A stretch of 50,132 nt of DNA from an uncultured Gammaproteobacteria bacterium (GTDB lineage: Bacteria; Pseudomonadota; Gammaproteobacteria; Pseudomonadales; Pseudohongiellaceae): positions 1-50,132 of the forward strand of contig CAXBLN010000001.1 of NCBI GenBank assembly GCA_963976555.1, given 5' to 3'. The first letter of the stretch is position 1. Every line of letters begins with the position of its first letter. The notes below the pieces were generated by a model. It was not told the DNA's origin. It was given only the letters and a program-made list of their open reading frames with translations, and made no database searches. The translations under genes were made by a program, and so were the position numbers. Shown one piece after another: positions 18,078 to 26,026 of the stretch.

Positions 18078-19496
18078 ATGAACTGTGGAATATCAGTAAA
18101 ATTCAGCAAGATGCTAGTCCTCTCTGCATTTGTGCTGCTCGCGGCGCAGGCGCAGGCAATTAGTACGGCAGCCCTGAAGCAGGGGATACCCTCTTTAGCG
18201 CCAATGTTGGAGCAGGTGACTCCAGCGGTCGTCAGTATTCGTGTCACGAAAACATTGCATGACGATGGCCGTTATTTCTCTAACGGCCGAGAGCTACCTG
18301 AGGAGGCTCGACGCTTCTTCGAGCAGTTGCCGGGAACAGAGAATGGGCAGCGATCCAGGCCCTCCATAAGTGGTGCAGGCTCGGGAGTTATCGTAGATGC
18401 AGCAGAGGGTTTGATAATTACAAATCACCATGTAGTCGGTGATGCGTCCATGATTTCCGTGCACCTGAGTGATGACAGAATCCTGGATGCCAAGTTATTG
18501 GGTAGCGACCCAGGTACCGATATAGCTTTGCTGCAAGTAGAGGCTGAAGGTCTCACGGGAATCGGCTTCGCAGAGATCGGCACAGTCGCGGTGGGAGACT
18601 ACGTCGTGGCGATAGGCAATCCATTCGGAATTGGCCAAACGGTTACCTCCGGTATCGTCAGTGCGCTGGGACGTGCGGGTATCAATAATGACAACTACGA
18701 GGACTTCATCCAGACCGATGCGGCTATCAATCAGGGTAATTCCGGCGGCGCCTTAGTCGACATGGAGGGTAATCTTATTGGCATCAACACCGCGATCATC
18801 AGTGGTGGTGGAGGTAGTAACGGTATCGGCTTTGCTGTGCCGACAGATATGGTGGCAACTGTGTTGGAGCACCTGAAACGAGATGGTCAAGTGCGGCGTG
18901 GCTTACTCGGTGTATCTATTGCAGACGCAACGCCAGATATCGTTGCCGCATTGAATATGGATGTCGAGTACGGGGCTGTCGTTACCAGTGTGCTGCCCGA
19001 CAGTGCGGCCCAGAAAGCCGGTGTTCAATTATCGGACGTAATCGTGGAGATTGATGGCAAACCCGTGCGCGGCAGTCGTGATCTCCGCAATACGGTGGGC
19101 CTAATGTTGCAGGACCAGGAGGTGGAACTGGTGCTCTACCGGAATGGCGAGCGAGAGACTCTCTCTGCCAGGATCGGCGGAGCTACAGGCCTGGCCGTAG
19201 CGGGAGAACCTGCTGCCGCGAGAAGCGTGTTTCGCGGGGCTAGCATTGCGACAGTTAGCAAAGACAATCCTTATAGTAAACAAGGTGTTGAGATCATTTC
19301 TTTAAGTGAAAACGGAGAAGCTTGGACTGCAGGTTTACGAAACTCAGATGTCATCGTGGAAGTGAATCGACAGCCTACGCCTAACCTACAGGCCTTCAAT
19401 GCAATGACATCTAGAGATGCAGGCGATTCGAGTGACAGAGTCTTGGCTCTGACGGTGATTCGAGAAGGACGCAAGCTATTACTATTCCTTCCCTGA
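18078..19496 (+). CDS. degQ: Periplasmic serine endoprotease, DegP/DegQ (HtrA) family with two PDZ domains
   Basis: Signal peptide present. Catalytic motifs: TNHHVV, DIALLQV, GNSGGALVDMEGNLIGINTAI. Two PDZ-like regions follow. Strong SD (AGGAGA). Confidence 0.9.
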   Translation: MNCGISVKFSKMLVLSAFVLLAAQAQAISTAALKQGIPSLAPMLEQVTPAVVSIRVTKTLHDDGRYFSNGRELPEEARRFFEQLPGTENGQRSRPSISGAGSGVIVDAAEGLIITNHHVVGDASMISVHLSDDRILDAKLLGSDPGTDIALLQVEAEGLTGIGFAEIGTVAVGDYVVAIGNPFGIGQTVTSGIVSALGRAGINNDNYEDFIQTDAAINQGNSGGALVDMEGNLIGINTAIISGGGGSNGIGFAVPTDMVATVLEHLKRDGQVRRGLLGVSIADATPDIVAALNMDVEYGAVVTSVLPDSAAQKAGVQLSDVIVEIDGKPVRGSRDLRNTVGLMLQDQEVELVLYRNGERETLSARIGGATGLAVAGEPAAARSVFRGASIATVSKDNPYSKQGVEIISLSENGEAWTAGLRNSDVIVEVNRQPTPNLQAFNAMTSRDAGDSSDRVLALTVIREGRKLLLFLP

Positions 19497-19564
19497 GCTC
19501 AGCATCAGGTTTTAACTAGAGGACTCGATAGAACCCATTTAAATTAATAAGTGCCCCCGCTTGG

Positions 19565-19596
19565 CCGACTTAATGAGAGTTAAGTCGGTTTTTTTT
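19565..19596 (+). terminator. Rho-independent terminator after degQ
   Basis: Stem ccgacttaa / ttaagtcgg (9 bp), 6-nt loop, then 8 T. Confidence 0.8.
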
Positions 19597-19770
19597 ATCT
19601 GCAGTAACTACAGTATCCGCAACCGGCAAGAGGACTAAACTCTTGGTTTCATGCCGGTGGCAACACGGTTAAGATAGGCAGCTATAGGATCGCCACGTTC
19701 ATCGAAATACTTAGACTGAGAAAAAACAGAGAAATAGATAAGTTACATACTGACGATTCCCCTGACCGAC

Positions 19771-20934
19771 ATGGACATAACTATTAATCCTCGAAGACTG
19801 ACAATTCCGGTTCTTTACCTGAGCTTCCTGCTCGTCGCTGGGTCGACGCTTGCCGACAATCAAGCGCTGCCGACGAACTACAATTATGATCTGTCGGAGT
19901 TTGTAGGCTGGATGGAGGCGGCAACCCGAGAGAAGCGTATCCCGGGCGTCGCACTCGCTGTAGTTTCCCGCGAAGGAATTATGCACATGCAGACTTGGGG
20001 TGTGAAGAGCATCGATACACGGGAGGGAGTGAACACAGACTCGATTTTCAGAATTGCCTCTATGTCAAAAACCTTTGCAGGAACTTCGGCAGCTTTATTA
20101 GTTGATCAGAACTTTCAAACCTGGGACACGAAATTAACCGAACTATTTCCTTCAATGCGTCTGGGCTCTCGCAATTCATCGAGCAACATAACGCTCCGGC
20201 ATGTAGTGAGCCATTCGACGGGATTGATGCCCCATTCTTATTCGAACATGCTCGATGATGGAGTGTCCTACGATAAGATTAAAACCAGCTTTGCAAAGAT
20301 CCCGACAGTTTGTTCACCGGGTGAATGTTATGGCTATCAGAATGTAGTCTTCTCACTCATAGCTGATGTTGTCGAAGAGAGTACAGGGGAGAGCTACGAG
20401 AAGTACATTGCTGAGCAGATTTTCAGACCATTGGGGATGGTGACGGCTTCGGTAGGCATGGAAGCCTTCCTGGAAAGCGATGAAGCCACTGAGCCACATC
20501 GAAGTGCGCGAGGCTCATGGCGAACAACCTCTACCAACCCCGCCTACTACACCGTGGCACCGGCATCGGGAATCAACGCGAGTATTTTCGATATGAGTAT
20601 GTGGGTTCGCGCGAATCTTGGTGCGTTTCCAGAAGTGTTGTCTCCCGATTTTCTGTCGCAATTACATGAACCGATTATAGCGACACCTCGTGGAAACTAT
20701 TTCAATCGTTGGTCGGGTCTGGAGAAAGCCTACTACGCGACAGGATGGAGGGTGTTCGATTACAAGGGACAGCGTGTAATTCATCATGGCGGTGGAGTGC
20801 GGGGATATCGATCGGAGATGGCATTTCTACCCGAGGCGAACATAGGCATGGTGTTATTATTTAATGCTGAATCTAACTTGGCCAATGACATTGTGCCTGC
20901 GTTCCTCGATAATCTGATCGATACCACAGATTAA
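19771..20934 (+). CDS. Serine hydrolase, class C beta-lactamase/esterase (PBP-like) family, exported
   Basis: Signal peptide present. SxxK motif in FRIASMSKTF. Also LRHVVSHSTGL, and a YxN-like YSN. Confidence 0.8.
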   Translation: MDITINPRRLTIPVLYLSFLLVAGSTLADNQALPTNYNYDLSEFVGWMEAATREKRIPGVALAVVSREGIMHMQTWGVKSIDTREGVNTDSIFRIASMSKTFAGTSAALLVDQNFQTWDTKLTELFPSMRLGSRNSSSNITLRHVVSHSTGLMPHSYSNMLDDGVSYDKIKTSFAKIPTVCSPGECYGYQNVVFSLIADVVEESTGESYEKYIAEQIFRPLGMVTASVGMEAFLESDEATEPHRSARGSWRTTSTNPAYYTVAPASGINASIFDMSMWVRANLGAFPEVLSPDFLSQLHEPIIATPRGNYFNRWSGLEKAYYATGWRVFDYKGQRVIHHGGGVRGYRSEMAFLPEANIGMVLLFNAESNLANDIVPAFLDNLIDTTD

Positions 20935-20983
20935 TAGCAACGGCCTTGCCGCAACAAACTCGATAAACTTATAGGTAAAACTC

Positions 20984-21721
20984 ATGAGCTCAGTGATAGA
21001 CTTGCTGAAGTCCCACCGCAGTATTCGAAAATTTACATCTCAAGCGATAGAGCCGGAATTGTTTTCCGATCTTCTCGTCGCCGGTCAGGCAGCTGCAACG
21101 TCCAGTTTTTTGCAGGGCGCAACAGTGGTGCGAATAAAAAACGCTGCCACCCGCAGTGCGATCGCGACGCTCGCCGGCGGTCAGAGTTATGTGGAGTCTG
21201 CGGCGGAGTTTATGATCTTTTGTGCCGACCTGAAGCGACCGGGAAACTATTGCGCCGAGTATGAGAAATCTTTCGAGGGTGACTACACGGAGCATTTTAT
21301 TATCGCTACGGTCGATGTTGCTCTAATGGCTCAAAGCATGGTGGCGGCCGCTGAGTCTGTAGGCCTCGGCATTTGCTATATCGGGGGAATAAGGAACGAT
21401 CCTGCGCAAGTAGCCGAATTGCTAAAACTGCCCAGGGGAGTCTATCCAGTATTCGGCCTATGTCTCGGTTATCCTGATCAAGATCCTGAGGTCAAGCCTA
21501 GGCTACCTCTTTCGGTGATACTGAAAGAAGAAGTCTACAATGAAGAAGGCGACAGGGAAGCAATATCAGACTACGACGAGAATATTCGCGAATACTACCG
21601 CACGCGAACCGGAGGCGGGCATGGCATAAGTTGGACGGAGCAGGTGTCCACTCTCCTGTCGGAGAAGGCCCGACCGCATATGAAACAGTTTCTTGCCGAT
21701 CAGGGTTTTATGTTTCGCTAG
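20984..21721 (+). CDS. nfsA: Oxygen-insensitive NADPH nitroreductase (NfsA family)
   Basis: 245 aa. The N-terminus LLKSHRSIRKFTSQ and GICYIGGIRN are typical of NfsA/Frp. Confidence 0.8.
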   Translation: MSSVIDLLKSHRSIRKFTSQAIEPELFSDLLVAGQAAATSSFLQGATVVRIKNAATRSAIATLAGGQSYVESAAEFMIFCADLKRPGNYCAEYEKSFEGDYTEHFIIATVDVALMAQSMVAAAESVGLGICYIGGIRNDPAQVAELLKLPRGVYPVFGLCLGYPDQDPEVKPRLPLSVILKEEVYNEEGDREAISDYDENIREYYRTRTGGGHGISWTEQVSTLLSEKARPHMKQFLADQGFMFR

Positions 21722-21764
21722 CGTTCAGCGAACGCATGCAGGGAGAATAAAAACCGAACGAAGA

Positions 21765-22313
21765 TCAGTTGGGTCTTTGATAGCGGTAAGAACCGGTAGA
21801 GGGAAGAACCTCAACCGCATCACTTACTATAGACGCGATCGTTTCGGATGGGGGGATTGCACCGGGGCCAAAAGAGAATTTGAATTCTCCGTTTACCAAG
21901 CCTCTTCGATCATCTGTAACAGACCAGCGCGCGGTATAGTAATCTGACTTGGGTAGTTCCCCAGGGATAGGCAGGACGAAATTGTGATTCATGCGCGAGG
22001 GGTCATATTGGAAATTGATGCTAATCCATTCGTCTTCTGCTGTGTAGAGAGCGAGTTTTAGTAGCCGTACATCTACCCTAAAGCTCATAGTAATCATCTG
22101 CGGTGGCTCAGTTAAGACGGCGTCATCCTGAGGAAAGGTCACACCGGGCGTCAGAATGCCGTGACTATGCTGCGCAATCGATAGATTAGGCGAGAGCAAG
22201 CCGAGCAATATGACGACTGCCAGTAAGCCTGTTCTTCGATGAAGCGTATCAATGTTCAACAAGTGTCTTGCCTCGCATGGAATTATCCAAGACTTGAATT
22301 TTAGCAAAAACAT
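21765..22313 (-). CDS. Exported CopC-like domain protein (divergent)
   Basis: Signal peptide ends SIAQ|HSHG. The beta-sandwich pattern parallels CopC: PQDDAVLTEPPQMITMSFRVDVRLLKLAL ... DYYTARWSVTDDRRGLVNGEFKFSFGP. It is a paralog of 23319..23933. Confidence 0.55.
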   Translation of the reverse strand: MFLLKFKSWIIPCEARHLLNIDTLHRRTGLLAVVILLGLLSPNLSIAQHSHGILTPGVTFPQDDAVLTEPPQMITMSFRVDVRLLKLALYTAEDEWISINFQYDPSRMNHNFVLPIPGELPKSDYYTARWSVTDDRRGLVNGEFKFSFGPGAIPPSETIASIVSDAVEVLPSTGSYRYQRPN

Positions 22314-22363
22314 CCCTTGCTCTCTATTAGATCATTTAGAATAAGCCATTATTTACCCGACCT

Positions 22364-23161
22364 TCAGCCAAAATAGACCATGCACTGCCTGGTGAGTGCC
22401 ATCAAACGGCCTGATTCATCATAGATCCTGCCGGACTGCTGCGTGTAGCCATCTGCGGCAGCATCCACTTCAAATTCCAAATAGAACCACTCGCCTGTTG
22501 CAGATTCCGGTTCCTCAATGAATTCCAGAGACCAGGTCAAGGAACTCGCGGGTACCGGTGGTTTATCGAAATATGACAGTAAAACCGGTGGTGGGATGTC
22601 TGCTATCGCTACCAGTTGCTCGATAGGGAAGCGCGACACATCCTGTTTATGTCGCACCCACATTCTCAGGAAGGGCTTGTATTCACCTGAGAACGGCATG
22701 CCGCCCTCCATCCAGTAGCCATCGAAATATTGCAGAAAATGCGGAAGACGATTCGCGCGCTCGCTAAAAGCTAGACCCTCGCTTCGCTCAGGCAGCGTCT
22801 TCAATGGCTGTGGGGGAGGGTTGTATGTAGTGCGAGAATTTCCAAACGCGGCCATGGCTTGCAGCCCTAACTGACCTTGCGAGCTTACGCTGGCACTGCA
22901 CTGTGTCACATTCTTTCCCTGGCGCAGTGTCTGGGCGTTAACCGTGACCTCACCGGGGGCGATAGGCGCTATGAAGGAGACCATAAGAGAGCGAATTTTC
23001 TGCGGCTGCTGCAACTGTTTGCGCATCGCGGTCACGGCGAAGGCTGCTGATAGGCCACCAAAAGCAGATCTACCCTGGGACCAATTTTCACCGAATCTTG
23101 TATTGTTCGAATCACTGCTTTCCAGCTCGTCTAGGATGTCCTGTAAATTCGTATCCTGCAT
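22364..23161 (-). CDS. Acyl-CoA thioesterase (TesB-like double hotdog family)
   Basis: 265 aa. The N-terminal SQGRSAFGGLSAAFAVTAMRK region and overall size fit the 4HBT_3-type thioesterases. Confidence 0.55.
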   Translation of the reverse strand: MQDTNLQDILDELESSDSNNTRFGENWSQGRSAFGGLSAAFAVTAMRKQLQQPQKIRSLMVSFIAPIAPGEVTVNAQTLRQGKNVTQCSASVSSQGQLGLQAMAAFGNSRTTYNPPPQPLKTLPERSEGLAFSERANRLPHFLQYFDGYWMEGGMPFSGEYKPFLRMWVRHKQDVSRFPIEQLVAIADIPPPVLLSYFDKPPVPASSLTWSLEFIEEPESATGEWFYLEFEVDAAADGYTQQSGRIYDESGRLMALTRQCMVYFG

Positions 23162-23318
23162 TGTTAGTCTATTCTCAGCTGAGTTAGCGCCTGATTTAGC
23201 GCATATTTTTACCGTCGTGTTTCCTAAATTTGGTCGGCGATGATATTCTTGAGGCTTGGTTAGATACTGCCGTAGTGTTGTATTTTACAGTTAGTGGCGG
23301 GACGAAAACGGAAAAGAA

Positions 23319-23933
23319 TTGAAATCCTACGCATTCAACAAAATAGCAATTGCGCTCCTCGGTTTTGGACTATGGCAGCCGACTATCGGTCAGACGCCCC
23401 AGGGAGATCTGTACCATCAAGATGAAGATGTTACAGGAATAAGCCTCGAAACAGAAACTTCACCGGCCGACGATAGCGTACTCAGTGACGCCCCGCTTCT
23501 CTTGGCGTTCCCCTATGGTGTACGTTTGGTTAAGTTGACGCTTCGTAATGAGCTTCGCGACTGGGTAGACATTAGTTTTCGCTATGACCCGAAATTGCAA
23601 GAAAGCTTTCGCTGGGAAATACCGCCTCTCAATGCCGCTACGTATTACACTGCTGACTGGGCAATTCTTGCAGCGAATAACCGCCTTGTTAGGGGCAGTT
23701 TTAGCTTTTCATTCGGGCCAGATGCCGAGGTCCCCTCAGTGACAAAGGCGGCTGAACAACTATTAATTGATTCTAGAATCAGCGGCGACCCAAATACCCG
23801 CTTCGTGACGCCGCCGCGAACCAACATCATAATCAACCAAGATCAGCGTACATACGACCCGCCTTTCACGATCAAGCTCGATGACCAGGGGCGAGTCCAA
23901 CAGTCTCAGGATTCTCCAGACTCACCCCGCTAA
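23319..23933 (+). CDS. Exported CopC-like domain protein (divergent) with a Pro/Gln-rich C-terminal extension
   Basis: TTG start and signal-like N-terminus. Pattern: SPADDSVLSDAPLLLAFPYGVRLVKLTL ... TYYTADWAILAANNRLVRGSFSFSFGP. It is a paralog of 21765..22313. Confidence 0.5.
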   Translation: MKSYAFNKIAIALLGFGLWQPTIGQTPQGDLYHQDEDVTGISLETETSPADDSVLSDAPLLLAFPYGVRLVKLTLRNELRDWVDISFRYDPKLQESFRWEIPPLNAATYYTADWAILAANNRLVRGSFSFSFGPDAEVPSVTKAAEQLLIDSRISGDPNTRFVTPPRTNIIINQDQRTYDPPFTIKLDDQGRVQQSQDSPDSPR

Positions 23934-23939
23934 TTCCAA

Positions 23940-24887
23940 CTAGCGACCCACGTTCACCGTGATGCGTTGGTCATGGAATAGACCGCCATCGTCACCCCGT
24001 GCCCAGAGAACGTATTCACCGGGCTCAGAAAATGTCGCTCTCACCTCGTAGATACCGTCTTCGGGGATAGGAGGTGGGGTCCACAGAGCTCCCCAGGGTG
24101 AATTTGCAGATGTTCGTGTATCTTCCCACGGCTTGACCTGAGCCGGCTCGAAACTTACCTCGCCGGGTCCACGGTATTTATTCCAGGATAGGAATAGTCC
24201 GTTGGTCTTACCGACTGTAGTTCTGCGGGGTGGGCGCATCATGCGATCGCTAACCGAGGTTTCTGTACTCGCAGCGGTGGTGCGGCGTGGTTTGGGTAGT
24301 CCGTCGTCAGCTACATGTGTCCGTATAACGATTTCTTCTCCTACTTTAGCGTTTCTTACAATGCTGCCGTTTACCGTGTCGCCTTGTACGGTTACGACAG
24401 GCGGAACGTTCGCGCGAGACTCGGGGCTGCTCGTTCCTGCTCCCAATGAGCCAGTCTCCGAGGCGATGACCATATTATCTATGAGATAGTCCGTCGTTAG
24501 GGTGCCGTAAGCACGGTTAGTTTCACCGTTGTGGGTGATTGTCCATGTCAGCTCTCTGTCGCCCCAATCTGATGGCACGACAACCTCAAACGTAAACCGA
24601 TTTCGTCTCGGCAGGAAGTGGGTAGGCTGGCCGCGATCGGCGTCGCCGGGAGAGAAGAAATTGTTCTCGCCTACATCGATATCCGGCTGTTCTTCCCAAT
24701 TCTCGTTCATGTAACCGAAGACGAGGGTGAAGGTTCCGTCGTCATTGGCGTGCCAGCCTTCATAGCCGGGCTCAATTTCTGCTCCAGAGCGATAGCTGAG
24801 TTGGGCTGATACGGAGGTAGCACTCAATATAGAGACTAGCAATATCCCCGACAGCCAGATTGATCTCTTGCTCGAATGTCTATTCAT
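23940..24887 (-). CDS. Secreted protein of unknown function, tandem paralog A
   Basis: Signal peptide present. It shares identical runs with 25075..26007: NNFFSPGDADRGQPTHFLPRRNRFTFEVVVPSDWG, DNMVIASETGSLGAGTSSPESRAN, KPWEDTRTSANSPWGALW. The C-terminus looks like an Ig/PKD-like beta-sandwich (EDGIYEVRATFSEPGEYVLWARGDDGG). Confidence 0.8.
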   Translation of the reverse strand: MNRHSSKRSIWLSGILLVSILSATSVSAQLSYRSGAEIEPGYEGWHANDDGTFTLVFGYMNENWEEQPDIDVGENNFFSPGDADRGQPTHFLPRRNRFTFEVVVPSDWGDRELTWTITHNGETNRAYGTLTTDYLIDNMVIASETGSLGAGTSSPESRANVPPVVTVQGDTVNGSIVRNAKVGEEIVIRTHVADDGLPKPRRTTAASTETSVSDRMMRPPRRTTVGKTNGLFLSWNKYRGPGEVSFEPAQVKPWEDTRTSANSPWGALWTPPPIPEDGIYEVRATFSEPGEYVLWARGDDGGLFHDQRITVNVGR

Positions 24888-24982
24888 CTTATTCTCCCTT
24901 TAGAATTACTTTTATTTTTTTAATTGCTCTAATATTAGCTCAAAGACCCGATAGGCGATTGGAGTGATTCCGGCATGCTCAG

Positions 24983-25023
24983 TCGACAATAAATCAAATT
25001 TAGAATGTATTGAATATTGTCGA
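24983..25023. promoter_or_regulatory. Inverted repeat TCGACAATA-N23-TATTGTCGA, with a third GACAATA copy at 25030, upstream of paralog A
   Basis: 9-bp arms read from the sequence. It sits 96-136 nt upstream of start codon 24887, between the terminator of paralog B and an AT-rich promoter-like stretch. Confidence 0.3.
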
Positions 25024-25035
25024 ATTTTGGACAAT

Positions 25036-25062
25036 AAAAAGGGGCGAAAATCGCCCCTTTTT
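25036..25062 (-). terminator. Rho-independent (bidirectional-looking) terminator after tandem paralog B
   Basis: Stem ggggcga / tcgcccc with a 3-nt loop, flanked by AAAAA and TTTTT. It lies 13 nt beyond the stop of 25075..26007. Confidence 0.8.
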
Positions 25063-25074
25063 GCCATGCGTCAG

Positions 25075-26007
25075 CTACTCACTAACATTCACTGTGATGT
25101 AGCCATCGTGGTACAGCCCGCCATCATCCGCGCGACCCCACAGTATGTATGTTCCAGGCTCGTCAAAAGTCGCGGTGACTTCATATAGCCCGTCCTCTGG
25201 TGGCTCGGGTGGAAGCCATAGCGCTCCCCAAGGGGAGTTTGCCGAAGTTCTTGTGTCTTCCCAAGGCTTAGGCATGGGTGGATCGAATGTCACATTGCCA
25301 GGCCCACGGTACTTGTTCCAGGAGAGGAACAGACCATTTACTTTGCCAACAGTGATGCGCGAAGGAGGGCGCATCATGCGGTTCCTGAGATCATCCTCGT
25401 CGATCGTGCTTTCGCGTCGTGCCTTAGGCAGACCGTCGTCCATAACCTGGGTAACAAAGTTCAGCTCTTCGCCTACCTTAACTGTGCGAATATCATCGCC
25501 TTGAATGGTCACGACAGGAGGGATGTTCGCACGAGATTCAGGACTACTGGTGCCAGCACCGAGTGAGCCCGTTTCAGATGCGATAACCATATTGTCAACG
25601 AGATAGTCTGCCTTCAGCGTTGCGTAGGCCTTTCGTTCTACTCCGTTTACATTCAGTGTCCATACGAGTTCACGTTCACCCCAATCGGAGGGAACGACGA
25701 CTTCGAATGTGAAGCGATTTCTGCGTGGCAGGAAGTGAGTAGGTTGGCCTCGGTCGGCATCCCCCGGAGAGAAAAAATTATTATCTCCTACCTCAACATC
25801 AGGTTGCTCCGTCCAATTCTCATTCATGTAGCCAAACATGAAGCTGAAAGTGCCATCCGCATTCGGACGCCAGCCTTCGTAGGCAGGTTCAACGTGTTGA
25901 CCATACTGATAGGTGTCGGCGGAGGCCGCGCTTGAAACGACTAGTAAAAATACAACAATCAGCAGAGAGTTAGCTCTGCTGATTGCCTCACTGGTTAGCT
26001 TGATCAT
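25075..26007 (-). CDS. Secreted protein of unknown function, tandem paralog B
   Basis: Signal peptide present. It is colinear with 23940..24887 along its entire length and starts 19 nt after the upstream haem/copper-protein gene. Confidence 0.8.
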   Translation of the reverse strand: MIKLTSEAISRANSLLIVVFLLVVSSAASADTYQYGQHVEPAYEGWRPNADGTFSFMFGYMNENWTEQPDVEVGDNNFFSPGDADRGQPTHFLPRRNRFTFEVVVPSDWGERELVWTLNVNGVERKAYATLKADYLVDNMVIASETGSLGAGTSSPESRANIPPVVTIQGDDIRTVKVGEELNFVTQVMDDGLPKARRESTIDEDDLRNRMMRPPSRITVGKVNGLFLSWNKYRGPGNVTFDPPMPKPWEDTRTSANSPWGALWLPPEPPEDGLYEVTATFDEPGTYILWGRADDGGLYHDGYITVNVSE

Positions 26008-26026
26008 CTTGCTACTACAACCTCGA

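Noticed and set aside
23940-26007. Tandem paralogs as an assembly duplication or a recent gene conversion artefact.
   Set aside because: The copies differ at many positions in both protein and DNA. They have different signal peptides and an indel region (TVNGSIVRNAKVGEE versus DIRTVKVGEE). An intact terminator and promoter-like region separates them.
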